Notes: generated from the letters alone by a model not told the origin. 64,000 nt of DNA from the human T2T-CHM13v2.0 reference genome, Homo sapiens (GCF_009914755.1 NC_060931.1); one strand, 5' to 3'; shown: positions 1 through 22,156, numbered from the stretch's first letter. Translations and numbers: made by a program.

Positions 1-1087
1 AATGAGTTTTCCTTTAATTCCACTTCTAGAACTTACTTTTGTCTTATCAGTTTATCAGGTAAAGAGACAGAAAATAGTTGATTAGTTTCCTGAGACTAGA
101 GAGTCTAATATCCAAGCCTTACTATGAGTGCAGCAGTCTCACCTCTAAAAATACATTTCTTTCCTCTCGCAATTAAAAAGCAATTAAAGTCTGAATGCAC
201 TTTGAAAAAATTAAAAGTTAAAAATAAATAAACAAAAACACACTTTTCTCCTAAGTCAGCTGGTGAATCTGACCCGACAAACAGCATCATGGCTGTCACC
301 GGGAGGCAGCTCCAAGGAATCCGTGGTTTTCACTCATTTTCCTTGCCAGGTGATTAGAGATGCCACCACTACGTACAGTCTGATGGAAAACACATCTTTA
401 TGTGTGCAGATATGTTTTAGGCTGCCGGAAGTGCCGTTTAAGATGATACACTTTTTGAGCAAATAATTTACATTAGCTTTACAGCACATAACTGAATCTT
501 TTCTATTAGTTCTGAACTTTTCCTGAAACAGTTTTTATGCTATCTCTAATCGTATCCTGGGCCTTTGTTAAAACGATAATCTTTTTAATTCACTGAAACT
601 CTACTTTTGATGTCAGATCCCTGGGGAACCCTGGTCTATGTGCTTCCCAGTTCAGGTTGGCGTAGGCCTCTCCCTCAATCTGTCCCTCTCCTGTCTCTTC
701 TCCCTCCCTCCTCTCTGTAAGCCTTTTCCACCTCCCTCCAAGCTCCTGATGACAGTGATAGCTCGGCATTTATCTAGCTTTTTCTGTCTTTCTTTCTGCA
801 CTCAGAGTTTACAGCCAAAAAGCCTGTGTCCAGTGGGCATATTAGAGGCCTGTGAAACAACAAGTCCTAGTTCTACTACTCCCTAAAAGAAGAAACTCAC
901 TTAAACCACTTCCATAAAACCCCTAGCTAGAATTAGCTAAATCTTCAAATGTCCAGGCTTTAGGTTACAAGGTGTCCCTTATCAAGGGACATCTGTAGAA
1001 ACTTTAGTTTGATTTCAGTCCTGAAAAAGACAGTCAACTCATGTCATCAGCACACCTAAATCTCAGCCTCACATGCATACACTCTGC

Positions 1088-1149
1088 CCACACACAGCAC
1101 ACACACTCACACACGTACACACACACAAACATACACACACACACACACA
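1088..1149. repeat. Imperfect (CA)n microsatellite
   Basis: Directly visible. Confidence 0.85.
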
Positions 1150-1552
1150 GAGTCACTACATTTACGAGGTTTCAAGCCTGCGGAATTTTGAATGACATCA
1201 GCCATGGCTACTGTAATGTCATGGGCTGGCAAAATCTGCAGATGAAGAATAGCAAGTTGTTTTAACAGCAGCCAGTAGGGTGGTACTACCACTTCCTGCC
1301 AGGATGTCACCCCGTGGTAAATCCGCAGGAACATCTCTCTCTCCTGTAACTATCCAGGATTGCTCCCCAGCAGGGTACCAGGTCCTCCCACTAGATCATC
1401 CCTTCTCAGAAAGTTTCTGGCACACCTAATGCTGTTATTTACCAAGGGCTACCTATGATATTTTTTAAATGGAGTAAGGAGAGAAAGTGAATCACATAAG
1501 TTTGGTTTGTTGGGAGGGAAAGATGAAAACTCAAATTCCAGCCATGGCCTGT

Positions 1553-1958
1553 TGTTATGGGTTGAATTGTGTCCCCCAGAAAAGATAAGTTGAAGTCCTA
1601 ATGCCCAGGACCTATGAATGTGGCCTGTTTAGAGACAGGGTCTTGGCAGATGCAAAGAGTTAAGATGGGATCATATCACAGGATAATGTGCCCCTAATCT
1701 AATGTGATAGATGTCCTTATTGGAAGAGGAAAGGAGCTGTGTGAGGCCAATACAGGGAGCAGGCCACGTGGCAAGGGTGGCAGAGATCCAAACGCTGCGG
1801 CTGCTGGCCAAGGAACATCAAGGAGTGCCGGGAACATGGCTCTGCTGACACCTTGATTTCGGACTTCTGGCCTCCAAAACTGTAAGACAACACATTTCTG
1901 TCATTTGAAGCCATCCAGTTTGTGGTACTTTGTTATGCAGTGCCAGGTGACGAATGTA
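1553..1958 (+). mobile_element. MLT1-type MaLR LTR
   Basis: TGTTATGGGTTGAATTGTGTCCCCC start; TGACACCTTGATTTCGGACTTCTGGCCTCCA and TTTGTTATGCAG 3' motifs. Confidence 0.8.
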
Positions 1959-2217
1959 CCTATAGAAGCCTGGTGACACAAGAGGTGTCCCCCCATCACC
2001 TCTCTGAGACTTTTCCAACTGCATCAAATGAGCAGCAGGGCAGGCATCACGGGACCGTGGGGAGGGCTGATGAGACAACTGGGGCAGGAAAAATCCATCA
2101 AACCCAGGTTATATTTGGGTCTATTCAATTTTGTTATCAAAAAAGCTTAGGAAGAGCAGGGTGCTCATTCGCCGTGTCATTGGGTGTTTAGTATCTCGCT
2201 CTCTGGACGTGTTCTTA

Positions 2218-2577
<360 letters not shown>

Positions 2578-2719
2578 CTAAGGCAGGGAGAATTGCTTGA
2601 ACCTGGGAGGCAGAGGTTGCAGTGAGCCGAGATTGTGCCACTGCACTCTAGCCTGGGCGACAGAGCAAGACTCCATCTCAAAAAAAAAAAAAAAAAAGAA
2701 GAAAGACAAAGTTTACTTA

Positions 2720-3200
<481 letters not shown>

Positions 3201-4300
3201 TCACAAGTAATTCCTGAGTATATTCCATTTTAAAGATTCAAACAACACAGGAACATACAGGAGAAAAGGGAACGTTCCCTCCTCTCCCACTGTGGGGCCT
3301 CCTCCCTTCTTCTATGCATTTCTGTATATAGACATGTACACAAGCACACAGAGAGAATTTTAAAACATAAATATCATTCTCTTTCTATTCCTAAGCCTCT
3401 GTAAGCCCATAGGGCTTCCTTTTCCTCTTAAACACATCCTGTACAATCTGAAATGTTTCACAATATACTATCTTCACACAGTGCTCTTAAGAGTTGTAAG
3501 CTTTTATGATTTAGGTTGGGGGTTCAATAGAAACTGTTTGTAAGTGCCATTTAAAAGCTATTTTATTTAACTTTAGGACACTTTCATTTCGCAATTATAT
3601 ATAATATAATGCAGATCCTAAGACAAATAAAAATGGCTGTCAGAGAAAAAGGTAAGCAGTAACCTGAAGCTGACAGCAATTAAAGTCCATTTTTGCTATG
3701 AGAAGGAAGTCCAAAATGCTTATAAATGCTACTCATTTCTATCATTTCTATAAGCTCTGTGATTAGAATTTAAAGACTGCAAACTAAATATGGACTTTAT
3801 AAAGATTCAACAAGCTACAGATTGAACTTATAAAAATAGTTCCCTTCTTCCTATAGGTTACCATGCGGGTCTTGCCTGACTCTGAGGCTTGCACGCCTGG
3901 AGTCATTTTTAAGTCCTCTTTCCTTTGCTCGCTGCAGGCAGCTTATTACCCAGTGAGCTCCAGAAAGGAGTGTGGGCTTTGACCTTCCCAGAGCCAGTGG
4001 CAGAGCCCTCGTGGCCTCTCCTCTGGATTATATCTGCCATCTCCTGACCAGGCCCTCTGTTTAGTCTCTTTTCTCCTCTAAGCCCTCTGGCACACTGGGC
4101 CCTAGAAAACTTCCAGGTCCAATCTTCTTTGCCACGCCACATGAGATGAAATAGGGTGGGAAGTTTTACTGGGTAAAGATTTCAGGTCCATCTAGTTCTC
4201 ATAAGAAAAATGTGGCCATGACTTTCAGATGCTCTGTGGCCACCTTCTCATGGGCTGGTTGACTCTCTATCAGGGAATTCCTAGGAATTGTATATAATAA

Positions 4301-4426
<126 letters not shown>

Positions 4427-5094
4427 TGAGTAGCTGGGATTACAGGCGTGCGCCATCACGTCTGGCTAATTTTTTTGTACTTTTAGTAGAGATAGGGTTT
4501 CACCATGTTGGCCAGGCTGGTCTCAAACTCCTGACCTCAGGTGATCCACCCGCCTCGGCCTCCCAAAGTGCTGGGATTACAGTTGTGAGCCACCATGCCC
4601 GGGTGAGAATAAGTACAATTGTATGGGAAGAGTGATCCATTATTTTCCATCATATTCCCAAGGACACCCTTGACTCCACAAAAAAGCATAAGAACCACTG
4701 ACATTATGTATCAGAAGATCACTGAATTTCAACACTGGCCAGAGGTCAGATTTAATTGGCCATTCATTTATCCCTTCATTCACTCAAATAAAGGCTATCT
4801 TAGAACAGTGACAGGGCCACGCACTGTCCTCCAGGATCAGTCATTTATCAGGGCAGATCACAAGATGGGAACACACCAGTAGAGCTGTGGCTTTTTGAGG
4901 AAATGTCTTGGAAAGGTTCAAGGTTATGAACTTGGCTCTTTATGGCCAGGTCATTTTCAGGATGATGTTGCTGAGAGAAGCAAAACTAACTCATAGATTT
5001 TGAGGAGAATGAGACGGCACGTGCGCTGTGAAACTGTAGAGAATCACCACATATCACCTTCCTCCAGAAACTGGTTCCTCCTGGTGACCTTCTA

Positions 5095-5752
<658 letters not shown>

Positions 5753-6302
5753 GGTGCTAATGTGCGCCAGGAAATGGACGGACCTCCCTGTTTCTGTGGA
5801 CGTGCCATTTCTCTGCTCACTTCCACCCTCACCCCTCTCCGAGTCAGACGACAGCTTACAGCAGCCAGCTGAGGGCTTCCCTCCTCCCCATTACGCCCTC
5901 CTCCTTTGAAGGGCACACTCCCACCTCCAGGTAACCAGTGCTCATTTCCTCAACCCCATTAGTCTTGCTTTATTCTTTTTTTTTTTTTTTTTTTTTGAGA
6001 CAGGGTCTCACTCTGTCACCCAGGCTGGGGTGCAGTAGTGCAATCTCGGCTCACTGCAACTTTGAGTTCCCAGATCAAGCAATCCTCCCACCTCAGCTTT
6101 TCAAGTAGTCAGGACCACAGGCAAGTATCACCATGTCTGGCTAATTTTTTTTATTATTGTTATTTTTTGTAGAGACAGGGTCTCCCTATGTTGCCCAGGC
6201 TGATCCCTAACTCCTGGGCTCAAGGGATCCCCCTGCCTCAGCCTCCCAAAGTGCTGGAATTACAGGCATGAGCCACAGCACCTAGCCTCAGTTCCTTTTT
6301 GA

Positions 6303-6629
<327 letters not shown>

Positions 6630-7952
6630 TGATCACCCACTTCACCCTGGGCCCTGCTACACTCCCAGTCTGCCTCCTTACTGAATTTCCCCCTGCCCCA
6701 TAACACCTACTACCATCTAACAAGTTACTGTTCTAAGAGTATCACTTTCACATCTCTCCCTAACCAAAAAGAAAAACAGAAAACCCCACAATGAGAGATA
6801 AGATTACAAGGGATGTTTGTCTCCCTCTTTATACTATTCTGTTTTTTCTAGTTTTTCTATGTTAACGTTTTGCTCTTTTTATTATAAAAAGTTATGGAAA
6901 AGAAAGCTCCTGAATGGTTCCCTCTCGCCTGCCAAATATCTTCGGGGGCCCACCCCCGAGAGCCCTTGGCAGCCGGACCCTCACTGCTGGCATGTCCTTA
7001 GTTCCTTCTCTTCCTCCTTGAGTGATCTCCACCTCTCTATGTGCAGCCAAAACTGAACTCTGACCCGCACTTCACTGAGAAAGTCTCCCTCGGATCCCAT
7101 GAAAGGAAACCAGATGGGCCAGAACTATTCCAAGGCATGAGGGGCAACAGACAGAGACAGATGGAAGACATATGTTAAAGTCACAATTGGACCAAGTAAG
7201 AATCCCTAAAGGCGAGTGCTTAGGTCTCAGTTACATTACTCACTCCAGCATTCTGAAATTCTTTTCCTCACTCTATTATACTTAATTTGAGCTTGGAATA
7301 TCACACTAATTTTTCTCATTGCTTACTTTTTTTTAATGCCAGTGTGCTCGTTGGGCGTCGCTATTCAACAAACCATGAGCAATCTAAAATGCAAGCCCTC
7401 CTCTGATGAGAAGTGAAATTGATTTTTTTAAAAGCCACTTGGATTCACCAGAAACAACTGTCTTTTAACACTTGTCTGAACTCCTACCTAATTATTTTTA
7501 GGGCTTTGGGCTAGAAAGCAAATTGCATTATGTTCTTCTAAAAGTATATACTTACAGAACCATCTGTAATCCCTTCAAAGCAATCTTTGCAAGTCACTAC
7601 TGGAATATTTAATGCTATAAATTCTATTAGATCATAGAGTCACAGGGCTGGAAGCCATCTAGAGAGCCAACAGATCATAGGCCTCTGCTGTCTTCAAAAC
7701 CACATCTTAAGTAGGCCAGAAAATAAATGACCAAATGTATCTTTTCTGTAAATCCCTTTCTGCTTCCACCTCCCACCCTTAAAAATATTTTCAGGTAGAA
7801 TGAGATCAAGTCCATAAACATCTAAATTTAAAAAGGGAATTGGGCCGGGCATGGTGGCTCATGCCTATAATCCCAGCACTTTGGGAGGCCAAGGCGGGCA
7901 GATCACCTGAGCCTGGCTAACACAGTGAAACCCCATCTCTACTAAAAATTCA

Positions 7953-8207
<255 letters not shown>

Positions 8208-8515
8208 TCACAGGTAAACACTCTGGGATGGGCCCCACCCTTTCTTCTCTCCTTATCGCCAGGTTATCCAACAGGGTAGGCACCAGCAGCCAAGCCTAGT
8301 CCAACCTAGGTGATCCCCCTGCCCAAATTCCCAAGGCAGGAAGTAGCGTTAAGAAGAGACAGACTTCGTGACATCTACATGAAAACAATGGCTTCTTTAT
8401 CTCCAAGGCCAGATTCATTCTAACTTGGGCAAATGCTAAGAGGCATTTTTTTTATGGGTAAAAGCAAGTCAGGCCCTATCCTAAAATGAAAGTGTATTAG
8501 AAGTCGCAGTCTCCT

Positions 8516-8940
<425 letters not shown>

Positions 8941-9284
8941 TCAGTCTAACAGTAACTCAACGTTCACTCACACAGCAAGTGTTTTTTGAGCACCTCCCAT
9001 GCCCCAGACACTGCACTGAGCACTGTTCATAAATATCCTCTCCTTTAATATCCATGGCATGACTCAGGTAGGTACTGTACTCGCCCTCATTCAGCTGACA
9101 AAGGAACCGAGGCACAGAGAAAGTAAGTAACCTGCCTAAAGGCACAAGCTGGTGAGCAACAGAGGAAGCCAAGACCTGAGCCCGGGAAGTCCAAGGTCAG
9201 TGGCCCTGCTCTGGGCGGCTTCCTCATTAGGCCTCCTCTCAGGCATGGGACAACCTCTAGGGGCCTTCTATTTGCTGACGGTTG

Positions 9285-10284
<1,000 letters not shown>

Positions 10285-11942
10285 GTGGTGCAAGCATTAG
10301 GAAGTATAAGGTGCTGGGAGAGTATATGAGGAGAGGACCTGACACCATCTGGGCTCAGGGATAGCTTCTTGGAGTGGGGAGACAATTAAATTAGGGCCAG
10401 GCAGATAGAAGAGTCATCAGAGAAAGAGGTAGGGGAGGAACGTTTCGGTCCAGGAAATGAATTCATTCATGTGTTCGTTTACTCTCTCATTTGGAGTTTG
10501 AGACTGAGCTGCCAGTGAACGCTGCTTTCTCAGAGGCATTGGCATCTGCAGACTAGAACCTGGGCAGGAAGCAGAGATTCTGGTAGTCATTCACTCATTA
10601 ACCCTATCAATATCTGTCGACCCTAAACTGTGTCATTGTTAACCTCAGGCAACAAGGGTTGCTGGGGCTTATTTGACAAATGGATGAGGGGCCTTCCCTT
10701 CCTTCCTGAGATCTTCACACAAAGGCCACTTGGCAGGTGAGGCCAACTCCGGATGAACATCCTTCACTTCATCCATTAGTTTTTAATGCCCTTTCCAAGA
10801 AAAAGAGGCCAAGTGCACCAGACTCCTGCTGCACTCAGAGTCTGAGCTGCTCTGTACCACTGTATCCTCAAACTTGTCCTGGAAGACAGAATGGAAGTGA
10901 TGGTTCAGCCAAATGGCCCACTCCTCCAAAGCTTTTCATACTTAAAAATCAAGCACTCTGGGAGGCATCTGCAATAATGTATGCTGTCTTGCTCTAGGCA
11001 GTGGTTACACGGGTATGCACACTATGTAAAAATTCATCAAGCTCTGCACTTAGGATGTGAGCATCTTCTACATCTTTTTCACAATTCAATTAAAAAGTTT
11101 ATTTAAAACATCAGCCAATGCAGTTCACTTTCTGGTTCTCATTAGCATTGTGGGAAAAGAGAATATTTGAGCTGGGAAGGACCCCTGAGAGTAGCTAAAC
11201 TAGCCTTTACCAACATGTGTTCCATGGAACCCTGGCCCCAAGAGATTGTCTGAAAAACAGAAATGCATATGGGTCAAATAAACGGGACAGATGCTACATA
11301 GTATTTGTTTTAGGGATTCACAATATCAGCTCCAAAAGAGAGCTCATCGGTCTCCACACATCCCGCCCTCCACCTCATAGTCTCCATGTCAATATCACTT
11401 TTTCCATACTCCAGGAAATGGTATCCACCCAATGGCACAAGCCAGAAATCTGGGAGTCGTTTCTGATTTTTAGCTTTCTCTTACTTCTTGCAATTACATC
11501 TCCAAAACTGTTCTGAAATCTGTCCACTTTTGCCCCATTTTCACTCCATTACTCAGAACTGCCAGCATGACGTCTCTCCCCTAAAACACCTTGGGCCTCC
11601 TAATGGTTCTGCCTCCCTCTCCCTCTTCTCTACAAAGCAGCCAGAAGCTCCCAGAAAAACAGATATATCACTCCCCTGATGAAAATCTTCAATAGTTTCA
11701 TGTCTCCCTGAGAATAAAGTTCAAAATCCCTAAAAAGGCCTCTGAGCTCCCTATCCATCTGGCTTCAGGCTGGACTTCCCCAGTGTCTCCAATGTTCCAC
11801 GCTCTCTCAATAGGGGCATTTGCTCTTTTTCTCTGCCACTCTCGATCATAACCTGGGCAACTCCTCCTCATCCTGTGGGGCTCAGCACTTCTTTGAGGAT
11901 GCCCCCTGCCATGCACTCCCATTTTCCTTTTTTTTTTTTTGA

Positions 11943-12345
<403 letters not shown>

Positions 12346-13127
12346 TAAATGATAATACTGAATGTAAAATAAAATGAAAAGAAAATTCCTCTTACACTTA
12401 ATATAACTGAGAATTTCCCAAACAGAGTTGACCACAAAATTCTTTTCTCATTTAACCCTAAAAAACTTGTGCTCCTTGGAATACTTGGTAGAAAAGCGGA
12501 TCTGTTCCAAGTCTCATTTTACAGATTCTGAGGCCCAGAGAGGTGAAAAGAACTGACTGAAGTCATTTAGCCCGTTAGTTCTTGAAAGACTATAATTTGT
12601 TCTCAGAAAATAACGTACAGTGTAGTAAAATTTAACTATATTTAACACTACTTGGAGATGTTTTGAAGCTAAGAAATACCGTAGAAATTAGAAATCTCAA
12701 TTAAGATAAGAGGAAAGGGCTAGGCAAGAAAGATAAGAAGCTGGTTTCTTATCACTCACATCGAAATAAAATTAAATTATTAAACAGTTAAGTGAAAATA
12801 AGAGCAAAATCTAGAAAAAAAAGGTAAGGGAATATTTAACTGAATTATCAATGGGAAGAACGTTCTACACTTAAAAACAATGGAAGAAACCATAGAGTAA
12901 ATGACGTGACTGCTAAAAACTAAAATGTTTATGTATTAAAACATCATACAATTAAAGGCAAGCAACAAACAAGGGAAAGGTTTTCAGCGTATGCTACAGA
13001 TTCAGCTAATTATTCAAAAATTTATATTAGAGAGGCGGGGGGCGGGTGGCTCATGCTTGAAATCTCAGCACTTTGGGAGGCTGAGGCAGGCGGATCATTT
13101 GAGGTCAGGAGTTCGAGACCAGCCTCA

Positions 13128-13585
<458 letters not shown>

Positions 13586-14423
13586 TTAAATTAAATTAAA
13601 TTAAAAATGCAAATTAAAGCCACAAGAAACCACTGCCACCATTCAAATGTTCAAAGATTAAGAAAAAGAAAAATCGTCATGACTGGGCACAGTGGCTCAC
13701 GCCTGTAATCCCAGCACTTTGGGAGGCCGAGGCAGGTGGATCACCTGAGGTTGGGAGTTCGAGACCAGCCTGGCCAACATAGTGAAACCCAATCTCTACT
13801 AAAAATACAAAAACGTAGCTGGGCATGGTGGCAGATGCCTGTAGTCCCAGCTACTCAGGAGGCTGAGGCAGGAGAATCACTTGAACCCTAGAGGCAGAGG
13901 TTGCAGTGAACCAAGGTCATGCCACTGCACTCCAGCCTGTGCAACAAAAGCGAAACTGTCTCAAAAAAAAAAAGAAAAATGGTCATTCCCAAAAACCTCA
14001 CTAAGGTGAGGCACTAGTCAAGAACCCTCTATTCATGCTCATAGTCTTTCTGAGAAGTCCTTGGCAAGATGTTACGATAACCTGAAGAGTATGCTGAGAC
14101 CTGGTGATTTCACTTCCAAAAATACTAAGGAAATAACCCAGTTGAGAGTCATGAACTCAGATGTACATGTTGGCATTATGTAAAACAGTGAAAACTGGAA
14201 GTCACTGGCGTGTTCACCAGTGGGGGTATGACTGAGTAAAAGGCAGGCTGGCCACAGCAAGGAAAACGATGCCCATGAAGAGATTTTAAACGTACGGGGA
14301 AGTGCTTTAACTTAGATAGGGTCTCACACAGGCTGGCCTTGACCTCCTAAACTCAAGCAACCCTCCCACCACAGCCTCTCAGAGTGCTGGGATTACAGGT
14401 GTGAGCCACCATTATAGACATGA

Positions 14424-15076
<653 letters not shown>

Positions 15077-15596
15077 TAACAAAGTAAGAAAATTTTATTA
15101 AGTGTGACTGCAACTAAAGAAAAATGCAAAGACAATGAACTGGAAGAAAATAACTACTCTGAGTAATGAGCGTATCAAGTAATTTTTATTTTCCTCTTGC
15201 TATTTTTCTGCATGTTCAAATTTTATCGATAATCATATATTGCTCTTCTAATCAGAAACAGCAATTGCACCTTTTTCAGAATGCCTGTGTACCCTGGCAT
15301 GTGGGCCCTGGGATGCCCAGCAACAGAAGGGCAGACAATAAACACTGAGCCAACACTGAGCCTGAGGCCCTCCAGGCCTACAAGGGCCAACCTTCGGCAC
15401 CACTTGGCTCTTACTACCTACTTGAATTTTCCACATCGGATTTAAATTGCAGCCACCATGCATTGGTGTGAAAGATGGCGCCAGAGGCAGAACAGCCACA
15501 GCAGGGCCGAAACAGGCTGCCTTCTTCCCAGCGCCACTATGTGTACACACCTGAGTTGTCTCATTCCTACATGTGACCCACCTGGCCAATACAATA

Positions 15597-16947
<1,351 letters not shown>

Positions 16948-17219
16948 TAGGTCTTTCTCTACCTGTGTGAACAAAGCTGGTTATATTCAACTAAATAGCC
17001 AAAAGAAAAAGAAGGTATTACTTATAGCATAAATGCTTTGGATAACAGGAGTTGAAAAGAGGACACAAATGTAGTGTTGGTCAGTTTTAAAACTAAAACT
17101 CAGGCCAGGCGCTGCAGCTCACGACTAATCCCAGCACTTTGGAAGGACGAGGTGGGCGAATCACGAAGTCAGGAGTTCGAGACCAGCCTGGCCAACATGG
17201 TGAAACCCCATCTCTACTA

Positions 17220-17420
<201 letters not shown>

Positions 17421-17461
17421 TCAGAAAAATAAAATTCAATGGTCATTACTTAATAAGTTCA

Positions 17462-18201
<740 letters not shown>

Positions 18202-18579
18202 TTAATTAATTAATTAATTAAAATAAATAAATTCAAATGAACCTTAGTGAGCATAGATACTATATCCCAGGCATTAGATTAGGTACCTTTGACCCCTACA
18301 ATAATATCTCTGAGGTAGAGAAAGATGCATGGGCCAAGCACTAGCGTGCAAGCACATCAGCGTTTAGCCTTTTAAGCTGAGAGGGAAACTGCTCTGCTCT
18401 TTACAGCTGTGGTCCTAGAGGAAGATATTTCTTTTGCTTTTTTATTTTTTATTTTTGAGACAGCGTTCTTGCTCTGTCACCCAGGCTGGCATGCAGTGGT
18501 GCAATCATGACTGACACAGCCTCGACCTCCCGGCTCAGGCATCCTCCCACCTCAGCCTCCCAAGTAGCTGAAGCCATAG

Positions 18580-18789
<210 letters not shown>

Positions 18790-18951
18790 TAACTACCTGA
18801 TAGAGCTGTTTTGAGGATGAAATGATATAATACTAGTGAAGATCCATGGAGGTACATCCCAGTAAAACAGTAAAGAGGCAGGGCACGGTAGCCCATGCCT
18901 GTAATCCCGGCACTTTAGGGAGGCGGAGGCGGAGGCGGACAGATCCCTTGA

Positions 18952-19338
<387 letters not shown>

Positions 19339-19383
19339 TTTAATCAGTACTTGTTTTAATATTTCATGTAGTTTCCTTTAGGC

Positions 19384-19945
19384 CTGTAGGGAAGGGAAAA
19401 TGCTTTTCCTCTACACTCTCATGTTCAATAACTGGGGGCTTGCAAATTAAGCTGCAAAAGACAGGTACCTTTGACAAAAGGAAAAAAGCAGTTTATGTGT
19501 GTAATACACATACACACAGGAGTGCTCAGTGATGAGCAACTCAAAGGGGTGGTTCGCATTTGGGGCTTATATACCTAACTTAGTTGAGGAAAAAGAGGGG
19601 AGAGAAAGGCTATTATGGGGGAAAAAATGGGTTTCCTGAGGAAAGACAAATAGGAGTTTTCAGGAGAAGAAACAGGAGATAAGAAAGTTTGTGAGACTGT
19701 CTAGACAGGTATGGGTGGTCTCCTTCAGGGCCATAAAACTTCCCTGATGAATGCATTTATGAGTAGACCTAACCCAAAAGGGGAATTTATAGCAGCCTCC
19801 TTTCTCAGAAGTCACTGCTTTTAGTCAGATAAGGGAAGCTCTGAGAAAGTTTCTTTCTATATGTTCATTCTCAATTACCTTCAGCTCAAAATAATCCTGA
19901 TGACAAAGTGTCACATTTTGGCATGGCATATTCTGATCTCCCTTA
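19384..19945 (-). mobile_element. MER34-family ERV1 LTR
   Basis: The reverse complement begins ...CAGAATATGCCATGCCAAAATG...GGATTATTTTGAGCTGAAGGTAATTGAGAA, a MER34-like 5' end. Confidence 0.7.
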
Positions 19946-21169
19946 GGTTAAATAACTATTACAAAGGGAGATTAAAAGCTGATGCATTCTATCAATTCTA
20001 AAGAAAAAGATACCAGTAATATAATATAATGAAATAATGTAAAAAGTATAATTTATACAATCTAGAATGATGACTATTATGTAATTGCCACCTTAATCAT
20101 AAGACAAAAATCCCAAAAGTATAAGTGTCACTAAAGCAATTATCCACCTTTAAAAGACAGCATTTGACAACATTCCTAATATCTTTCTTAATCTACTGCT
20201 TTTCCTAGATTAAATGTATTTTTTAAATCACTGTCAGCTCTCTTAATCTTTAGAAATTTTTAAGCTTTTAGTACCATCGTTTTCTCTAGGACAATTTTTA
20301 AACATTTTAATATCTTAAATTTGAGGTTTTCTTCATTTTCCTGAAATTATCAAATCAACCCCGAAATCCCCAATATCCAAACTTTTTCTCACTAATCACT
20401 ATAGGTTATGAGGAAATCACCTTGGGCCTTTTTCTGAACAATTTCCTAGGTTTGTCTTTACAGGAAGAAAGAAGAGTAAGTTCTAGGAAAACCCTAAGAA
20501 ATATTTTGAATAAAATGCTTTATTTTGCCTAAGTGCAGAAAATCTATACAAGTTTCCCCAAAAGGAAGTTTTTAATAAACCAAAAAAGGCAAAAATATCC
20601 TTAGAAATAATTCAGATGAGGCTGATATTCCAAAGGGCTTAATTATGGAATCTATTTCATATTTTAGTTTCAGAGCGTAATTCATATGACATATAAAACA
20701 CAAGGTTCGGCCTACGTCCTCAGACGAAATCTTCTCCCTGAAGGAATATAAATTCATATTTTTGCTAGCATTTTTAAGGTGTAAAATACTTAAGTGTGGG
20801 TAATCTCCTCTGTCCTTAGCCCTTTCGTTATAAACATTTAAAACTTCTAAAGGTCACCAATGGCTTGCACTTTCCCAATCAATTACTGAAAAGAAATGTG
20901 CCAGGCTCATGGTGGATTGAGAAAATATGAGTAACTCATGGGCGATTTAAACTGCCGAAGAACTCCCAGAATAGGATTTTTAGCACACACGGGTGTTACT
21001 GGGTGGTATCTACAAGTATTGGGGGAAAAGAGGGTAGACTTATGGGGGTCACGTGTTGGACTCCTGTTGACTCACTCTCAATCTCTGATCAGTAGAGACC
21101 TGGGTGTAGACGATCGGGATTTCTGGGCAAAGGGGCTCCTGATGATGAAACAAAGCCGACAGGTGGTAC

Positions 21170-21475
21170 CTGCAAATCCCCGGAGAGGGACAGGCCGGCC
21201 GGCGCCCTCTCCCTCCCCAGAGCCCAGCATCTGAGCCCTCGGCGTCCGCAAAGTCCAGACGCTGCCACTCAGCCCTGAAACTGACACGAAACGGACAAGA
21301 CAAGCTGCCGCGCTTCAGCCACAGGCACGCGAGTGACGGGATTTCCTGGATCATTGACCCGCGGCCCAGCCCTGGTCCGGCAGGTCGCGGGCTCTCAGCT
21401 CCGGCGAAGCTGTCCACCCAGACTAAAGCGCAATTGCCCGGAGCCCGCGTGGCTGCGAACCACGCGCCGGGTTTA
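21170..21475. promoter_or_regulatory. Small CpG-rich island upstream of RNY5
   Basis: Dense CpGs in unique GC-rich sequence, surrounded by AT-rich DNA. Confidence 0.7.
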
Positions 21476-21496
21476 CTTTCATATTTAGCTAGGCGC

Positions 21497-21513
21497 TACC
21501 CACAATGCATTTG
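21497..21513 (+). promoter_or_regulatory. RNY5 distal sequence element, SPH/ZNF143 site
   Basis: TACCCACAATGCATTTG at about -228, nearly identical to the motif in the RNY3 DSE. Confidence 0.75.
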
Positions 21514-21660
21514 TAAAAGTGAAATGCAGAAAAACCTTGGTTGATTAACATAATTCTTACAAACTCTCTTAAGAGAGAGCATTTTGTTTTGTTTTCATTG
21601 TGTTTAATCAAAAAGTTTTACACATTTTATTTTTACGATCATGGCATAGGCTCTGAAAAG

Positions 21661-21702
21661 TCTCCTTACCTAGAAAAGACCCTAAGTAGGCACTATAAAT
21701 AA
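21661..21702 (+). promoter_or_regulatory. RNY5 core promoter: PSE (21661-21678) and TATA (21694-21702)
   Basis: TCTCCTTACCTAGAAAAG at -64 resembles the SNAPc PSE consensus (TCACCNTNASTNNAAAAG); TATAAATAA at -31. Confidence 0.85.
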
Positions 21703-21724
21703 CAAGAGACTCACAGAATAACAC

Positions 21725-21808
21725 AGTTGGTCCGAGTGTTGTGGGTTATTGTTAAGTTGATTTAACATTGTCTCCCCCCACAACCGCGCTTGACTAGCTT
21801 GCTGTTTT
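21725..21808 (+). ncRNA. RNY5: Y5 RNA (Ro60-associated, Pol III transcript), 84 nt
   Basis: AGTTGGTCCGAGTGTTGTGGGTTATTG...CCCCCCACAACCGCGCTTGACTAGCTTGCTGTTTT matches human Y5 as recalled. It has complementary terminal stems, a T4 terminator and an intact upstream PSE/TATA, so it is the gene rather than a retrocopy. Confidence 0.98.
21805..21808 (+). terminator. Pol III T4 terminator of RNY5
   Basis: GCTG-TTTT-GC at the 3' end of Y5. Confidence 0.85.
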
Positions 21809-22119
21809 GCACTAATAACAGTAGTAGACAACGTTTACATAAATCAATAAAAACGCATATAAAAGTAACCTTTAGTTGACGGTTTGAACGAAAGAGTAGC
21901 TTTTAGTTGATTTGAAAAACTTTCAAGGAAGCCTATTGGTTATAAGCTTCTTTTAGTAAGATTAACTTCCCAGCAGCGTTGAAGTATTAACCTTCAAAAT
22001 GCCTGAGAAGAAAATTTACACGAAAGGAATAATTTTGTTTTAATTACCTTTGAATGTATTAAATATTGTATTCGGTTTTTAATAAACCTTATAATCAAGG
22101 TTAATTTTCTATATATGTG

Positions 22120-22122
<3 letters not shown>

Positions 22123-22156
<34 letters not shown>

